Shown piece after piece: positions 43,099 to 52,340 of a stretch of 64,000 nt of DNA. The number at the start of each line of letters is the position of its first letter. Positions within the stretch are counted from its first letter, which is position 1. The position numbers and the translations under genes are program-made. Source of the DNA: an uncultured Faecalimonas sp. (GTDB lineage: Bacteria > Bacillota > Clostridia > Lachnospirales > Lachnospiraceae); contig CAYVDA010000001.1 of assembly GCA_964450635.1 (NCBI GenBank), positions 4,368 through 68,367 of the forward strand, read 5' to 3'. Under the pieces are notes generated by a model that made no database searches, had not been told where the DNA came from, and saw only the letters and a program-made list of their open reading frames with translations.

Positions 43099-43777
43099 GT
43101 CCTACTCCTTCTTCTATCTGCCAATCAATCGGCGCTATTCCGTGTTCCTCTAAAAAGGCATTGGTCTTGCTAAATGGTTTGCTTCCAAAAAATCCCCGAT
43201 AGGAAGACAGGGGACTTGGATGTGGCGCCTCTAAGATCAAATGTTTCGGATTATGTAACATTTTCTTCTTTTGCTGTGCCGGTTTGCCCCATAGGATAAA
43301 GACGATCGGTCGATCCTGCCGATCCAGCACCTGGATGGCTGCATCGGTAAAGGTCTCCCAGCCGATACCCCGGTGGGAATTTGCCTGATGGGCCCGCACA
43401 GTCAAAACTGTATTGAGCATCAGCACACCTTGCTTTGCCCATTTCGTCAAATATCCATGACTTGGAATGGTGCAACCTAAGTCATCCTGCAATTCTTTAT
43501 AGATATTTACCAGTGAGGGCGGAATGTCCACCCCTGGTTTTACGGAAAAACAAAGGCCGTGGGCCTGCCCCTCCCCATGGTAGGGATCCTGGCCCAAAAT
43601 CACCACCTTTACATCTTTCAAAGGCGTCAGATGAAAGGCCGTAAAGAGATCTTTAGCCGGCGGAAAGATCTGCTTGTTCTGATATTCCTGCCGCACTGTC
43701 TCAAATAAGTTCTTATAATATTCTTTCTTAAATTCGTCCTGCAAGGCTTCCTGCCAGTCTCCGCTAATTGCCGACAT
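43079..43777 (-). CDS. ung: Uracil-DNA glycosylase
   Basis: GQDPYH, PPSL.N, GVLMLN and HPSPLS motifs. Confidence 0.97.
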   Translation of the reverse strand: MSAISGDWQEALQDEFKKEYYKNLFETVRQEYQNKQIFPPAKDLFTAFHLTPLKDVKVVILGQDPYHGEGQAHGLCFSVKPGVDIPPSLVNIYKELQDDLGCTIPSHGYLTKWAKQGVLMLNTVLTVRAHQANSHRGIGWETFTDAAIQVLDRQDRPIVFILWGKPAQQKKKMLHNPKHLILEAPHPSPLSSYRGFFGSKPFSKTNAFLEEHGIAPIDWQIEEGVGHGNTHP

Positions 43778-45263
43778 GTCTCTCATCTCCCTCTAATTCA
43801 AACCAGAATGCCACTCCATTTTCATAATTCTGCACCCCATACTCGCAATGGAAAGCCTCCATAACAGCTTTTACAATAGACAGTCCAATCCCATTGCCTC
43901 CATACTCTCTGGTATGGGCCTTATCTACTTTGTAAAATTTATCCCAGATCTTCTCCAGATCTTCTTCCGGAATCTGTGCACCCGTATTAAAGACCGTAAC
44001 CCGAACCTTCTGCTCCGTCGGTTTTCCCATGCGAATATCCACAATCTTCTCTCCTGACGCATGGTTCATGGCATTGGTCAGATAATTTCTAAAAACCTGT
44101 TCCGTCTTAAACTCATCCGCCCAGACATAGACAGATTCTGCACAGACAAACTGTACCATAACTTCCTTTTGTTGTGCCATAATCTCTGTACTTGCAAGGA
44201 CACCCCGAATCAATTCCGCCAGATCAAACCGGCTATAGGAAATATCCTCTTTGTCAAATTCCATCTGGTTTAAGGTCAACAGATTCTTCACCAGCTGGTT
44301 CATTCTCGCCGCCTCGTCTATGATAACATCACAGTAGAATTCCCGACTCTCTGCATCTTCATTGACCCCTTCTTTCAAGCCTTCCGCATAGCCTTGGATC
44401 AAAGCAATCGGTGTCTTGAGTTCATGGGATACATTGCCCACAAATTCTGTGCGCATCTGCTCCATCTTATCTTTCTCTTCAATGTCCTTACACAGGGCAT
44501 AGTTGGCATTCTTCAATTCCGAAATGGCATTTTCTAATCGCTCCGACATTCGATTGTAGTTCTCTCCTAAGATTCCGATCTCATTATGTCCACCGCTGGT
44601 ATATTTGGCATCAAAATCCAAGTCCGCCATGCGGGAAGAGAGTTCTGCCAATTCCATAATCGGATCCGTCAACCGTCTGGATATGAGCCAGACCACACCG
44701 CTGGCAAGGAAAATTAGTACCAGCATAACATAGGTCAGAAACCGGGTGGTCATAGATACATTCAGATGAATACTTTCCAATGGACTTCGCAAGATAAAAT
44801 TGCTTCCGTCTGCCAAAGTCCCCCACATTTCCAGGTAATCTTCCTCGCTGACCACGTCCATGGTCTTTCGAATCTCATATTTCCCGGTCTTTGCCAGGAC
44901 TTCCCCTTGTCGCTGGTTAAATCCCATAAGATAGCCGGACAGCTGCAGGAGCAATTCTTTTCGTTTCTGTTCATTGGCTGCCGCCGTCAACCCCTGATCC
45001 CTGGCATCTTTTGGTAAAATGGCAAAGGAAAAGTTGCCGACTTCCACCTTCTGGTTCAGCGTCTGTATGGTCTTCTCATCTGTCAGACTATACTGACTTG
45101 CCGCGCTATCTAATTGTCGATAGATATCCATCAACCGGGATTCCTTGTGATAGACATAATAATCTCCCAGAAACAGGGTACACAAAAACAAAGAGATAAA
45201 TACTACCATTACCACCAGGGTAATGAATACCACTGTCATCTGTCGCCGCATCGTCTTCTTCAT
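43764..45263 (-). CDS. HAMP-domain sensor histidine kinase
   Basis: Two TMs, complete HAMP, SHELKTP, FYKVD and GIGLSI motifs. Confidence 0.93.
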   Translation of the reverse strand: MKKTMRRQMTVVFITLVVMVVFISLFLCTLFLGDYYVYHKESRLMDIYRQLDSAASQYSLTDEKTIQTLNQKVEVGNFSFAILPKDARDQGLTAAANEQKRKELLLQLSGYLMGFNQRQGEVLAKTGKYEIRKTMDVVSEEDYLEMWGTLADGSNFILRSPLESIHLNVSMTTRFLTYVMLVLIFLASGVVWLISRRLTDPIMELAELSSRMADLDFDAKYTSGGHNEIGILGENYNRMSERLENAISELKNANYALCKDIEEKDKMEQMRTEFVGNVSHELKTPIALIQGYAEGLKEGVNEDAESREFYCDVIIDEAARMNQLVKNLLTLNQMEFDKEDISYSRFDLAELIRGVLASTEIMAQQKEVMVQFVCAESVYVWADEFKTEQVFRNYLTNAMNHASGEKIVDIRMGKPTEQKVRVTVFNTGAQIPEEDLEKIWDKFYKVDKAHTREYGGNGIGLSIVKAVMEAFHCEYGVQNYENGVAFWFELEGDERHVGN

Positions 45264-45264
45264 C

Positions 45265-45948
45265 TTACCGGTCTCCTGCTACATCAAACTTATAACCCAT
45301 TCCCCAGACAGTCTTAATATAATCACCTTTTTCTCCCATCTTGCTGCGAAGTTTCTTCACATGGGTATCAATGGTTCTGGCATCTCCAAAATAATCATAA
45401 TCCCAGACCTGATTAAGAATCTTCTCGCGGGAAAGTGCAATGTTCTGATTTTGCAAAAAATAAGTGAGAAGTTCAAATTCTTTTACACTCAAATTGATCT
45501 CTTCTCCATTGATGGTCACTGTATGTGCTCCGGTATCCAACCGAATGGCTCCGGCCTCAAGCACAACACCGCCGGATACTAGGTTGGCACGCTTGAGCAA
45601 AGCTCCCACTCTCGCCACCAGAATCTTCGGGCTAAATGGTTTGGTAATATATTCATCCACACCAATCTTAAACCCTTGCAATTCATCCCGTTCTTCTCCA
45701 CGGGCTGTCAGCATAATGATCGGTGCCTTGGACTGCAGGCGCACCTCCCTACAGAGCTGCCATCCGTCCATCTTCGGCATCATCACATCTACAATCAATA
45801 AATCGACTTTCTTCTCATAGAAAATCTCCAGTGCTTCCATTCCATTTCCGGCTTCCAGTACCATATAGCCTTCCTTTTCCAGAAAATCCCGCACCAGTTT
45901 TCGCATTCTGCTTTCATCATCTACAACTAATATTGTAATCTTGTCCAT
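45265..45948 (-). CDS. OmpR-family response regulator
   Basis: VVDDE, DVMMP and KPF receiver motifs; winged helix IDTHVKKLR..TVWGMGY. Confidence 0.95.
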   Translation of the reverse strand: MDKITILVVDDESRMRKLVRDFLEKEGYMVLEAGNGMEALEIFYEKKVDLLIVDVMMPKMDGWQLCREVRLQSKAPIIMLTARGEERDELQGFKIGVDEYITKPFSPKILVARVGALLKRANLVSGGVVLEAGAIRLDTGAHTVTINGEEINLSVKEFELLTYFLQNQNIALSREKILNQVWDYDYFGDARTIDTHVKKLRSKMGEKGDYIKTVWGMGYKFDVAGDR

Positions 45949-46008
45949 GGTAAACCCTCTCTCACTTTTTTTGCTATATTACCACAGATTTATGTTAAAT
46001 TTGTGAAA

Positions 46009-46875
46009 CTAGATTGCCTGTCCAATCCGTTCCCCATAACATACTTTGGTCTCTATATGATTTCGACTATTTTCCAAAATATCTGCATCCAGTATGCAAG
46101 TATCCGGCTTTAACAAGACCAGAATGGTTGAGCCGCCAAATTCGAAACGGCCTTTCTCTTCCCCACGCTGTACCTCTCTCTCTTCGTGATAATTCAAAAT
46201 CTTACCAACCATCAAAGCGCCTACTTCCATCACCAGCATCTGTCCGAACTGTTCTGATTCTAACAGACTATAACATCTGGTATTCTCCTTATAAATCGGA
46301 CACACCTCGCCAGCTGCAGGATTTACCGTATGAAAAACTCCTTCAATCCAATGATTCTTCGATTTTCTTCCGCTGTCTATATAGCAATAACGATGATAGT
46401 CTGCCACCGTCAGACGAAACAACAAAAGGGTACCGCCCTCATAGGATTCTGCAAGTTCCTTACTCTTTAGCAGAGATTCTACGGTATAATCCATCTGTTT
46501 GATATGAAACTTGGCATCTTTGGTAATGGGATGTACCGTCAACCTGCTATCGCAAGGTGCGATCAGATGGGTGTCTTCCTTATCCATCCGGCAAGCCGCA
46601 TCCTTCATCTTTCGGGTAAAAAAATCATTGTAGGAACCATATTTTCGCTCCTCATAGCGACTTATATCAATTCCATTTTTCCGAATGAATCCCGGAATGG
46701 CAAGGGCAGAAATCCTGCGATTCAAGGCCCAACCGCCCACTTTGGATACCCAAGGACGAACAAGAATCTTCACCAACTGCCGTCCCAAGCCTGACCCATA
46801 TAACCAGGTAAGGAAGGCGTCCTGTCCTTCACATCCGCCTACCACATTTCCCTCTCGATCTACACATTTACTCAT
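46009..46875 (-). CDS. psd: Phosphatidylserine decarboxylase proenzyme
   Basis: YNDFFTR, PCD, DYHRY, VGALMVG and FGGST autocleavage motif. Start set at ATG 46875. Confidence 0.92.
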   Translation of the reverse strand: MSKCVDREGNVVGGCEGQDAFLTWLYGSGLGRQLVKILVRPWVSKVGGWALNRRISALAIPGFIRKNGIDISRYEERKYGSYNDFFTRKMKDAACRMDKEDTHLIAPCDSRLTVHPITKDAKFHIKQMDYTVESLLKSKELAESYEGGTLLLFRLTVADYHRYCYIDSGRKSKNHWIEGVFHTVNPAAGEVCPIYKENTRCYSLLESEQFGQMLVMEVGALMVGKILNYHEEREVQRGEEKGRFEFGGSTILVLLKPDTCILDADILENSRNHIETKVCYGERIGQAI

Positions 46876-46889
46876 TTTATCAAATCCTT

Positions 46890-47555
46890 TTACTTTTTGA
46901 TATGAATCAATTTCTTCGCCAGCATCGGGCCGTATCCACCGTGAATCATCATATAAATCAAGGCAATTGCCACGATTGTACAAAGCACTGCCAGCATTTT
47001 GTTACTTGGCTTGCGCAATTTGAATTCTGAAATATACAGCAAGCCTACCACAAAGAGCATGATGGTCAGCACCACGCGAAAAACATAAGCTGTCAGATAG
47101 GTGCTAAGTAAAAAGACCAGTGGTAAGATAATGGCAATGGTGGTAATCGGCAACCCGTGGAAGACTTTTTCATGTTCTTCTTCATCGAAGAAATGATTGG
47201 TCTCCACCACATTAAAATAAGCCAGGCGAATCACACCGCATACTGCGAAAAAGATAATTGCCAAGAATCCGATCCGGTCCTTCACGCCCATACAAAAGCA
47301 TAGGAATGCCGGGAAAACGCCGAAGGCTACCACGTCACACAAGGAATCTAACTGAATTCCAAAAAGTTTCTCATCATCCGTTCGATCCAGCTTGGTTCTC
47401 GCCACTTTCCCATCAAACATATCAAAGAATCCGGACAAGGCAAGACAGAAAATCGCCGCCCCAAATTTCCCTGTGTGTGCAAAGGTCATGCCAACGATGG
47501 CAGAAGCCAGACTCATATATGTTAAAATTACCGTATAATTATAAAATCCTATCAT
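46890..47555 (-). CDS. pssA: CDP-diacylglycerol--serine O-phosphatidyltransferase
   Basis: CDP-alcohol phosphotransferase motif DMFDGKVAR...GIQLDSLCD; RLAYFN and FHGLP; adjacent to psd. Confidence 0.88.
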   Translation of the reverse strand: MIGFYNYTVILTYMSLASAIVGMTFAHTGKFGAAIFCLALSGFFDMFDGKVARTKLDRTDDEKLFGIQLDSLCDVVAFGVFPAFLCFCMGVKDRIGFLAIIFFAVCGVIRLAYFNVVETNHFFDEEEHEKVFHGLPITTIAIILPLVFLLSTYLTAYVFRVVLTIMLFVVGLLYISEFKLRKPSNKMLAVLCTIVAIALIYMMIHGGYGPMLAKKLIHIKK

Positions 47556-48592
47556 CTTTTGTTCTCTCTCTTTCCAAATATGATCAAATATGCCGCCAAG
47601 GTCAGGCAGGCACTCATTAATAGCTGCGCATAGAAACTAAGTCCGCGGGATACCACCATGGCCGGCACAATCAGCTGTGCACCACAGATTGGCAGGAAAA
47701 TCTGCCGGAACAGATGCTCGCTGATGCCCATTCCTCCCGGAAGAGGCAACATATCTACTGCCAGAGAAATCACTCCTTGAAGTAAGATCACCTCGATTAG
47801 GTTCAACCCCTGAATCCCAAAGGAGCGAAATACTACATAGGTTACGGCAAATAAGAAGACTCTCTGCAAAATGCTCATCAGCAAGACATGAACCGTAATC
47901 CTTATATTTGTCTTAATATAGGCCGAAGCCTCTTTATATTCATCCATATAATGGGATGCCTTCTTCGTAATCCGCTCCCATCTTCCATTGCGAAGAGGGA
48001 GGATACGAGAAAGTCCTGCCAGAATCTTCATCACCATCTTCTTAGTCAGAACCGGGCACAATACCAAAGCTACCATAAATCCCACACAGATGACATTCAA
48101 CCCGATTCCAAGCCACACCCAGAACATAACCGGATCCAACAATGTCATAATCTTCTGAGGTCTTACCGCAAGCACAACTGCGCCGATAATCACCAATACC
48201 GCTTTGTAGGCAATCGTCACGATCATCAAGGCTAAGGTAGATACGTGCAGGGGCAACTTATCTTTCTTCATAAAGACCATCTGCATTGGCTGCCCGCCGG
48301 AAGCTGTGGGCGTGATCAAACTAAAGAAAAATCCCACGAAGGAATACAGGCAGCAATGCCCAAAGATTGGCTTTTGCCTTAGACTCCGCATCAGATAGTA
48401 GATGATGACGGATTCAGAAAGGATAAAGCATACCACCAATCCGATTCCTACCAGCCATTCTACCCCTTTTGCCTCTGCTACATAGGTATAGACTTGGGAA
48501 AAATCCTGTCCGCGAAAGACATAATACAAAGTCAGGCCTACGCACAAGACTAAAAATACAATATTAAAAACAATTTTTCGTTTGTTCCTCAT
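47552..48592 (-). CDS. Lysylphosphatidylglycerol synthase TM-domain / UPF0104 flippase-like membrane protein
   Basis: Multi-TM protein with ITPTASGGQP and PLPGGMGISE motifs; no aminoacyl-transferase domain. Confidence 0.85.
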   Translation of the reverse strand: MRNKRKIVFNIVFLVLCVGLTLYYVFRGQDFSQVYTYVAEAKGVEWLVGIGLVVCFILSESVIIYYLMRSLRQKPIFGHCCLYSFVGFFFSLITPTASGGQPMQMVFMKKDKLPLHVSTLALMIVTIAYKAVLVIIGAVVLAVRPQKIMTLLDPVMFWVWLGIGLNVICVGFMVALVLCPVLTKKMVMKILAGLSRILPLRNGRWERITKKASHYMDEYKEASAYIKTNIRITVHVLLMSILQRVFLFAVTYVVFRSFGIQGLNLIEVILLQGVISLAVDMLPLPGGMGISEHLFRQIFLPICGAQLIVPAMVVSRGLSFYAQLLMSACLTLAAYLIIFGKRENKR

Positions 48593-48632
48593 TCTCTAAT
48601 TCCTTTACATTTTCTTTCGAATACCTAAACTA

Positions 48633-49337
48633 TCAAATCTTTAGAATCTTATGGTTCATTCGATCAAACAACTTTGCGAACGGCCGATACCATTCTGTCT
48701 TCTTTGCGATAGCAAAAGCCACGATCGCTACCACAAAACCTCCTGCAACATCCACAATATAATGCTGCTTGGTAAACTGGGTGGATACACAGACTAACAG
48801 TGCAAAAAGCAGAATCCCGGCTTTGACGAGGCGATGAACCTCTTTGCTATCCTTCACGCCCAGATAGCACAAAAAACTAATCAGACAGTGAATAGAGGGA
48901 AACAGATTATATGGCAGATCCTGCCGATAGATGATGGCTAACATCCAATCCCAAATATTATTCATCGGAAGTTCCGGTCGCACATTGGTAGTCGGGATGA
49001 CAAAGTAAAAAATTCCGCAAATGGTTCTGGATAGTATGTCCGCAAATACAAAACGGTAAAACTGCTCCTTGGAATTATAGCGGGCTGCCATAACATACCC
49101 GATCACCCAATATAGATAGCTCAGGACATAGATGGACACCCAGCCACTTTGCAGAGGCACCATCCGGTCAAAATCATTGGTAAAATCATAATGATACCGA
49201 TTGATGCACAGGTATTGGCCGCTCCAATATACGACACAATTCCAGCCCAGGCAAAGCAGCAACGGAAGCACTGCATAGGCTGGCATAATTCTCTCTATTC
49301 TGGAAACAAATTTGCATTTTTCTCTCTGTCTCTTCAT
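48633..49337 (-). CDS. PAP2-superfamily membrane phosphoesterase/phosphotransferase (Aur1-like)
   Basis: RP, NLFPSIH and KQHYIVDV (H/H/D triad) motifs. Confidence 0.82.
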   Translation of the reverse strand: MKRQREKCKFVSRIERIMPAYAVLPLLLCLGWNCVVYWSGQYLCINRYHYDFTNDFDRMVPLQSGWVSIYVLSYLYWVIGYVMAARYNSKEQFYRFVFADILSRTICGIFYFVIPTTNVRPELPMNNIWDWMLAIIYRQDLPYNLFPSIHCLISFLCYLGVKDSKEVHRLVKAGILLFALLVCVSTQFTKQHYIVDVAGGFVVAIVAFAIAKKTEWYRPFAKLFDRMNHKILKI

Positions 49338-49378
49338 TCCATCTCCTGCATCTTTTTATTCATACAATACTCCGTTTC

Positions 49379-49407
49379 ATTATAGCCCTTTTTAACTTAT
49401 ATAGCAA
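49379..49407 (-). promoter_or_regulatory. SigA promoter of the PAP2-flippase-pssA-psd operon
   Basis: TTGCTA-17 nt-TATAAT on the minus strand. Confidence 0.65.
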
Positions 49408-49498
49408 GGCACAAAAAATAGAAACCTATATCGTTACACCTCGAAAAATGTTAGATATCCTTTTTCTTAATTCTGAAACAGAATTCTCTTTTTTATAC

Positions 49499-49539
49499 AA
49501 AAAGAGAAAGAGTCATATGAAAAACTCTTTCTCCTTTTT
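49499..49539 (-). terminator. Terminator after the CMK-like gene
   Basis: GAGAAAGAGT...ACTCTTTCTC inverted repeat flanked by A and T tracts. Confidence 0.65.
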
Positions 49540-49556
49540 GCTAACCTTGCGGTCTC

Positions 49557-50150
49557 TTATTTGTTTCTTCGATCGATGAAATCCACCAGAAGTTCTACGG
49601 TCTCATCCACCCCTAATACACTACTGTTGACTGAAATGTGATAGTTTCTGGAGTCGCCCCATTTCTTGTCGCAATAGTTGTTATGATATCTCTTTCTCTT
49701 TAAGTTCTCTTCAAAGGCCATCTTCTCAGCAACGGTCTCGGAGATGTCATATTTTGCCATCAGACGTTCAATCTTCTTGTCCTTATCTCCCAGAATAAAG
49801 ATAGAGGTCATGCACTCGTAATCTTTGAGAACGCTCTCGCTACATCTTCCGACAACAACGAAGGAATCGCCTCGCTCAGCCATTTTATGTAAGTAATCAA
49901 ACTGCATATAATAGACATTCTCTTCCGGTGAACTGCTCAGTCCTTTGACTCTTCTGGAGGTAAGACGATTCTTACTCTTCTCATCGAGTTTACGCAGGCT
50001 CTCAACGTCTACCCCTTTTTCCTCCGCAATCTTGTCTAACAGGTTGTGGTCATAAAGTGGCAAATCGTAGTGTGCTGCCAATTTTGCAGCAATCTCATGT
50101 CCGCCACTACCGAATTCTCTTCCGACTGAAATAATCATCTGTTTACTCAT
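49557..50150 (-). CDS. Cytidylate kinase-like family protein
   Basis: ISVGREFGSGG P-loop variant, VVVGRC and WGD...Y...NSS.LG motifs. Confidence 0.85.
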   Translation of the reverse strand: MSKQMIISVGREFGSGGHEIAAKLAAHYDLPLYDHNLLDKIAEEKGVDVESLRKLDEKSKNRLTSRRVKGLSSSPEENVYYMQFDYLHKMAERGDSFVVVGRCSESVLKDYECMTSIFILGDKDKKIERLMAKYDISETVAEKMAFEENLKRKRYHNNYCDKKWGDSRNYHISVNSSVLGVDETVELLVDFIDRRNK

Positions 50151-50166
50151 GCTATCTCTCTCCTTC

Positions 50167-51537
50167 CTACAGTAAGCCATATCGTACATATATTGTGAGC
50201 ATTGAAATCAATACTACAATTACAGTTGCAGGAACCAATCTCTTACAGTAATAACCCCATGAGATTACGTAACCTTCTCTCGATGCAGTTGCAATACCTA
50301 CTACGTTCGCAGATGCTCCGATTGGAGTAGCACTTCCACCAATGTCGGTACCCATTGCCAAGGTCCATGAAAGCACCTCTAAGTTAATTCCCGGAATACT
50401 CATTCCCGCAAGAGAACGGATAACCGGAATCATCGTCGTTGCAAATGGAATGTTATCAACAAAGGCACTTGCAATTGCAGACAACCATAAGATAATTGCA
50501 ATCATAATCAGTGCATTACCACCACTGACAGTTTCGATAAAGCTTGCAAGTACCTTCAAGATGTCGGTCTTCTCCAGACCACCGATAACAACAAACAAGC
50601 CAACGAAGAATAACAATGTTACATAATCTACTTTTTTCAATAATTCCCCAGCGCCTTTTCCTGCTGCAAGCAACGTGATAATCGCGATAAATACACCAAT
50701 TGCAGATACCGTCAAATGGGTGCTTGAGTGTGTTACAAGCAGAACAATGGCAACTAAGAAAATCACTGTGCTGATTACAAATGCCTTCTTATCCGTGATA
50801 ATTGTCTTCGGATCCGGCAAGGTACTCGGATCTACCTGTCCTTTTACACTCTTTAAGATCTCTTTCTTAAAGGCAAAATAGAAATAGAGCAATACAAATA
50901 CCAAAGCAATGGCAACGATTAAACCAGTGTTTGTAATAAAGTCCGCGAAGGAATATCCTAAAGATGTTCCGATAATGATGTTCGGCGGGTCTCCACACAT
51001 GGTCGCTGCTCCACCTAAGTTAGCGCAGAAGACTTCTGATAAAATCAATGGTACCGGATTGAATTTCAATAACTGTGACAACTCAATGGTAACTGCTGCC
51101 AGGAACAGAATCACTGTAATACTGTCGATAAACATAGCAAGTACCGTTGACAAAATCATAAACGTCATGAAAATCGGGAGAATCTGGTATTTTACCAGTT
51201 TCGCAATCCGCATACACAGCCAACGGAAGAATCCGGCTTTCGCCATTCCTTCGACCATGACCATCATACCGAATAAGAATACAATTGTCTCCCAGTTAAT
51301 TCCGCCACTCTCACTAGCCGCCTCACCGGCACTATACCAGAATGATGGGGAAATAAAACTCTTTAAGTTAATGGTATCGATAATCGCCGATACATCTCTC
51401 AGTCCCAGGGCAAATACAAAAACGATCGTTGCCAGGGCGCTTGACAGTGTTACGATATGTCTCTCGATCTTGTCCAATACAATGAGTACGAACATGATTA
51501 AGAAAATCGCTACTGCCATAATCTGTGCAAATAACAT
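50167..51537 (-). CDS. ArsB/NhaD/SLC13-type (IT superfamily) permease
   Basis: About 11-12 TMs; FIDS.T, ANLGGAAT..GDPPN, SAFVDNIP and GGSATPIGASAN motifs. Confidence 0.88.
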   Translation of the reverse strand: MLFAQIMAVAIFLIMFVLIVLDKIERHIVTLSSALATIVFVFALGLRDVSAIIDTINLKSFISPSFWYSAGEAASESGGINWETIVFLFGMMVMVEGMAKAGFFRWLCMRIAKLVKYQILPIFMTFMILSTVLAMFIDSITVILFLAAVTIELSQLLKFNPVPLILSEVFCANLGGAATMCGDPPNIIIGTSLGYSFADFITNTGLIVAIALVFVLLYFYFAFKKEILKSVKGQVDPSTLPDPKTIITDKKAFVISTVIFLVAIVLLVTHSSTHLTVSAIGVFIAIITLLAAGKGAGELLKKVDYVTLLFFVGLFVVIGGLEKTDILKVLASFIETVSGGNALIMIAIILWLSAIASAFVDNIPFATTMIPVIRSLAGMSIPGINLEVLSWTLAMGTDIGGSATPIGASANVVGIATASREGYVISWGYYCKRLVPATVIVVLISMLTIYVRYGLL

Positions 51538-51554
51538 TGTTCTAACCTTCTTCC

Positions 51555-51677
51555 TTAGTTACTTTCTTTTTCTTTGTCTTTTTTCTTCGAAGAATCATGA
51601 CTATCAGACCACCAGCTCCAGATTCCAACTGCTAATACCAATACACATAATACTCCTGCAAAAATATCCTGACCCAT
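51555..51677 (-). CDS. 40-aa single-TM microprotein, absent from the ORF track
   Basis: GGAGG RBS, ATG 51677 to TAA 51555: MGQDIFAGVLCVLVLAVGIWSWWSDSHDSSKKKDKEKESN; ends just before the permease RBS. Confidence 0.7.
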   Translation of the reverse strand: MGQDIFAGVLCVLVLAVGIWSWWSDSHDSSKKKDKEKESN

Positions 51678-51772
51678 ACTTTTTATCCTCCATATCTTAG
51701 AGGCATACAAGTTCACTCCAGCATACAGGTTTCCTTGTATGCCTCAGCTAATTCTTCTTTTAAATATGTTCC

Positions 51773-52204
51773 TTAGCTGAATTGGAGTAGATATGGATCT
51801 ATCTCTTTCTTACCATCCATCTTATGGATATATATGACCACGTTCTTACCCTGGCCGCCGGTCACTTGCTGTGTCCGCCTGATGCCACTTTGAAATCCCG
51901 GGTCTGTTAGGGGATATAAATTCATCTTCGGACCGCCACAAAAGACTTCTATCTCTCTTCGCTGTCCGCCAAAGCTCGCTGCCCTGCCTGCCAGTTCCGT
52001 ACTTCCACGGATTCCCAGCATCTCGGATGTACATGCCTTGTCCTCATCTCCTACGGACAGGCTGGCAATTACATAGGCATCATAGGCCCTTGCCGAGACT
52101 TCATTGCGTTCCGGAGCTATCTGATATTCTTTTATATATAAGCCTGACCAAAGCACTAATAGCATTAAGAAAATGCCAATCCATGGCCGCCCGCGACGAT
52201 TCAT
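51773..52204 (-). CDS. Hypothetical protein with N-terminal TM/signal segment
   Basis: AAGGAG RBS; hydrophobic residues 8-24; C-terminal YIHKMDGKK. Confidence 0.6.
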   Translation of the reverse strand: MNRRGRPWIGIFLMLLVLWSGLYIKEYQIAPERNEVSARAYDAYVIASLSVGDEDKACTSEMLGIRGSTELAGRAASFGGQRREIEVFCGGPKMNLYPLTDPGFQSGIRRTQQVTGGQGKNVVIYIHKMDGKKEIDPYLLQFS

Positions 52205-52257
52205 GTGACATAGCTCCTTTCCTATTTATAATGGCAACTGCTCTCTTACCGTATTTA

Positions 52258-52310
52258 GTTTTATCACACGGGCACACAAAAGTCAATGTGCATTTGTATG
52301 CATTTTCATG
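52258..52310 (-). promoter_or_regulatory. Putative promoter with tandem 10-bp direct repeats abutting the -35
   Basis: Minus strand CATGAAAATG-CATACAAATG-CACA-TTGACT, then 17 nt and a weak TAAAAC -10. Confidence 0.4.
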
Positions 52311-52340
52311 AACTTTTCTTCTGATTTTACAGCTTCTTTC

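Noticed and set aside
45973-46004. TTATGTTAAAT, identical to an XerD arm of dif
   Set aside because: No XerC-like left arm and no switch in gene strand bias; it falls inside an imperfect palindrome at the response regulator promoter.
50909-51700. 263-aa plus-strand ORF
   Set aside because: Antisense shadow of a hydrophobic permease; no RBS or motifs.
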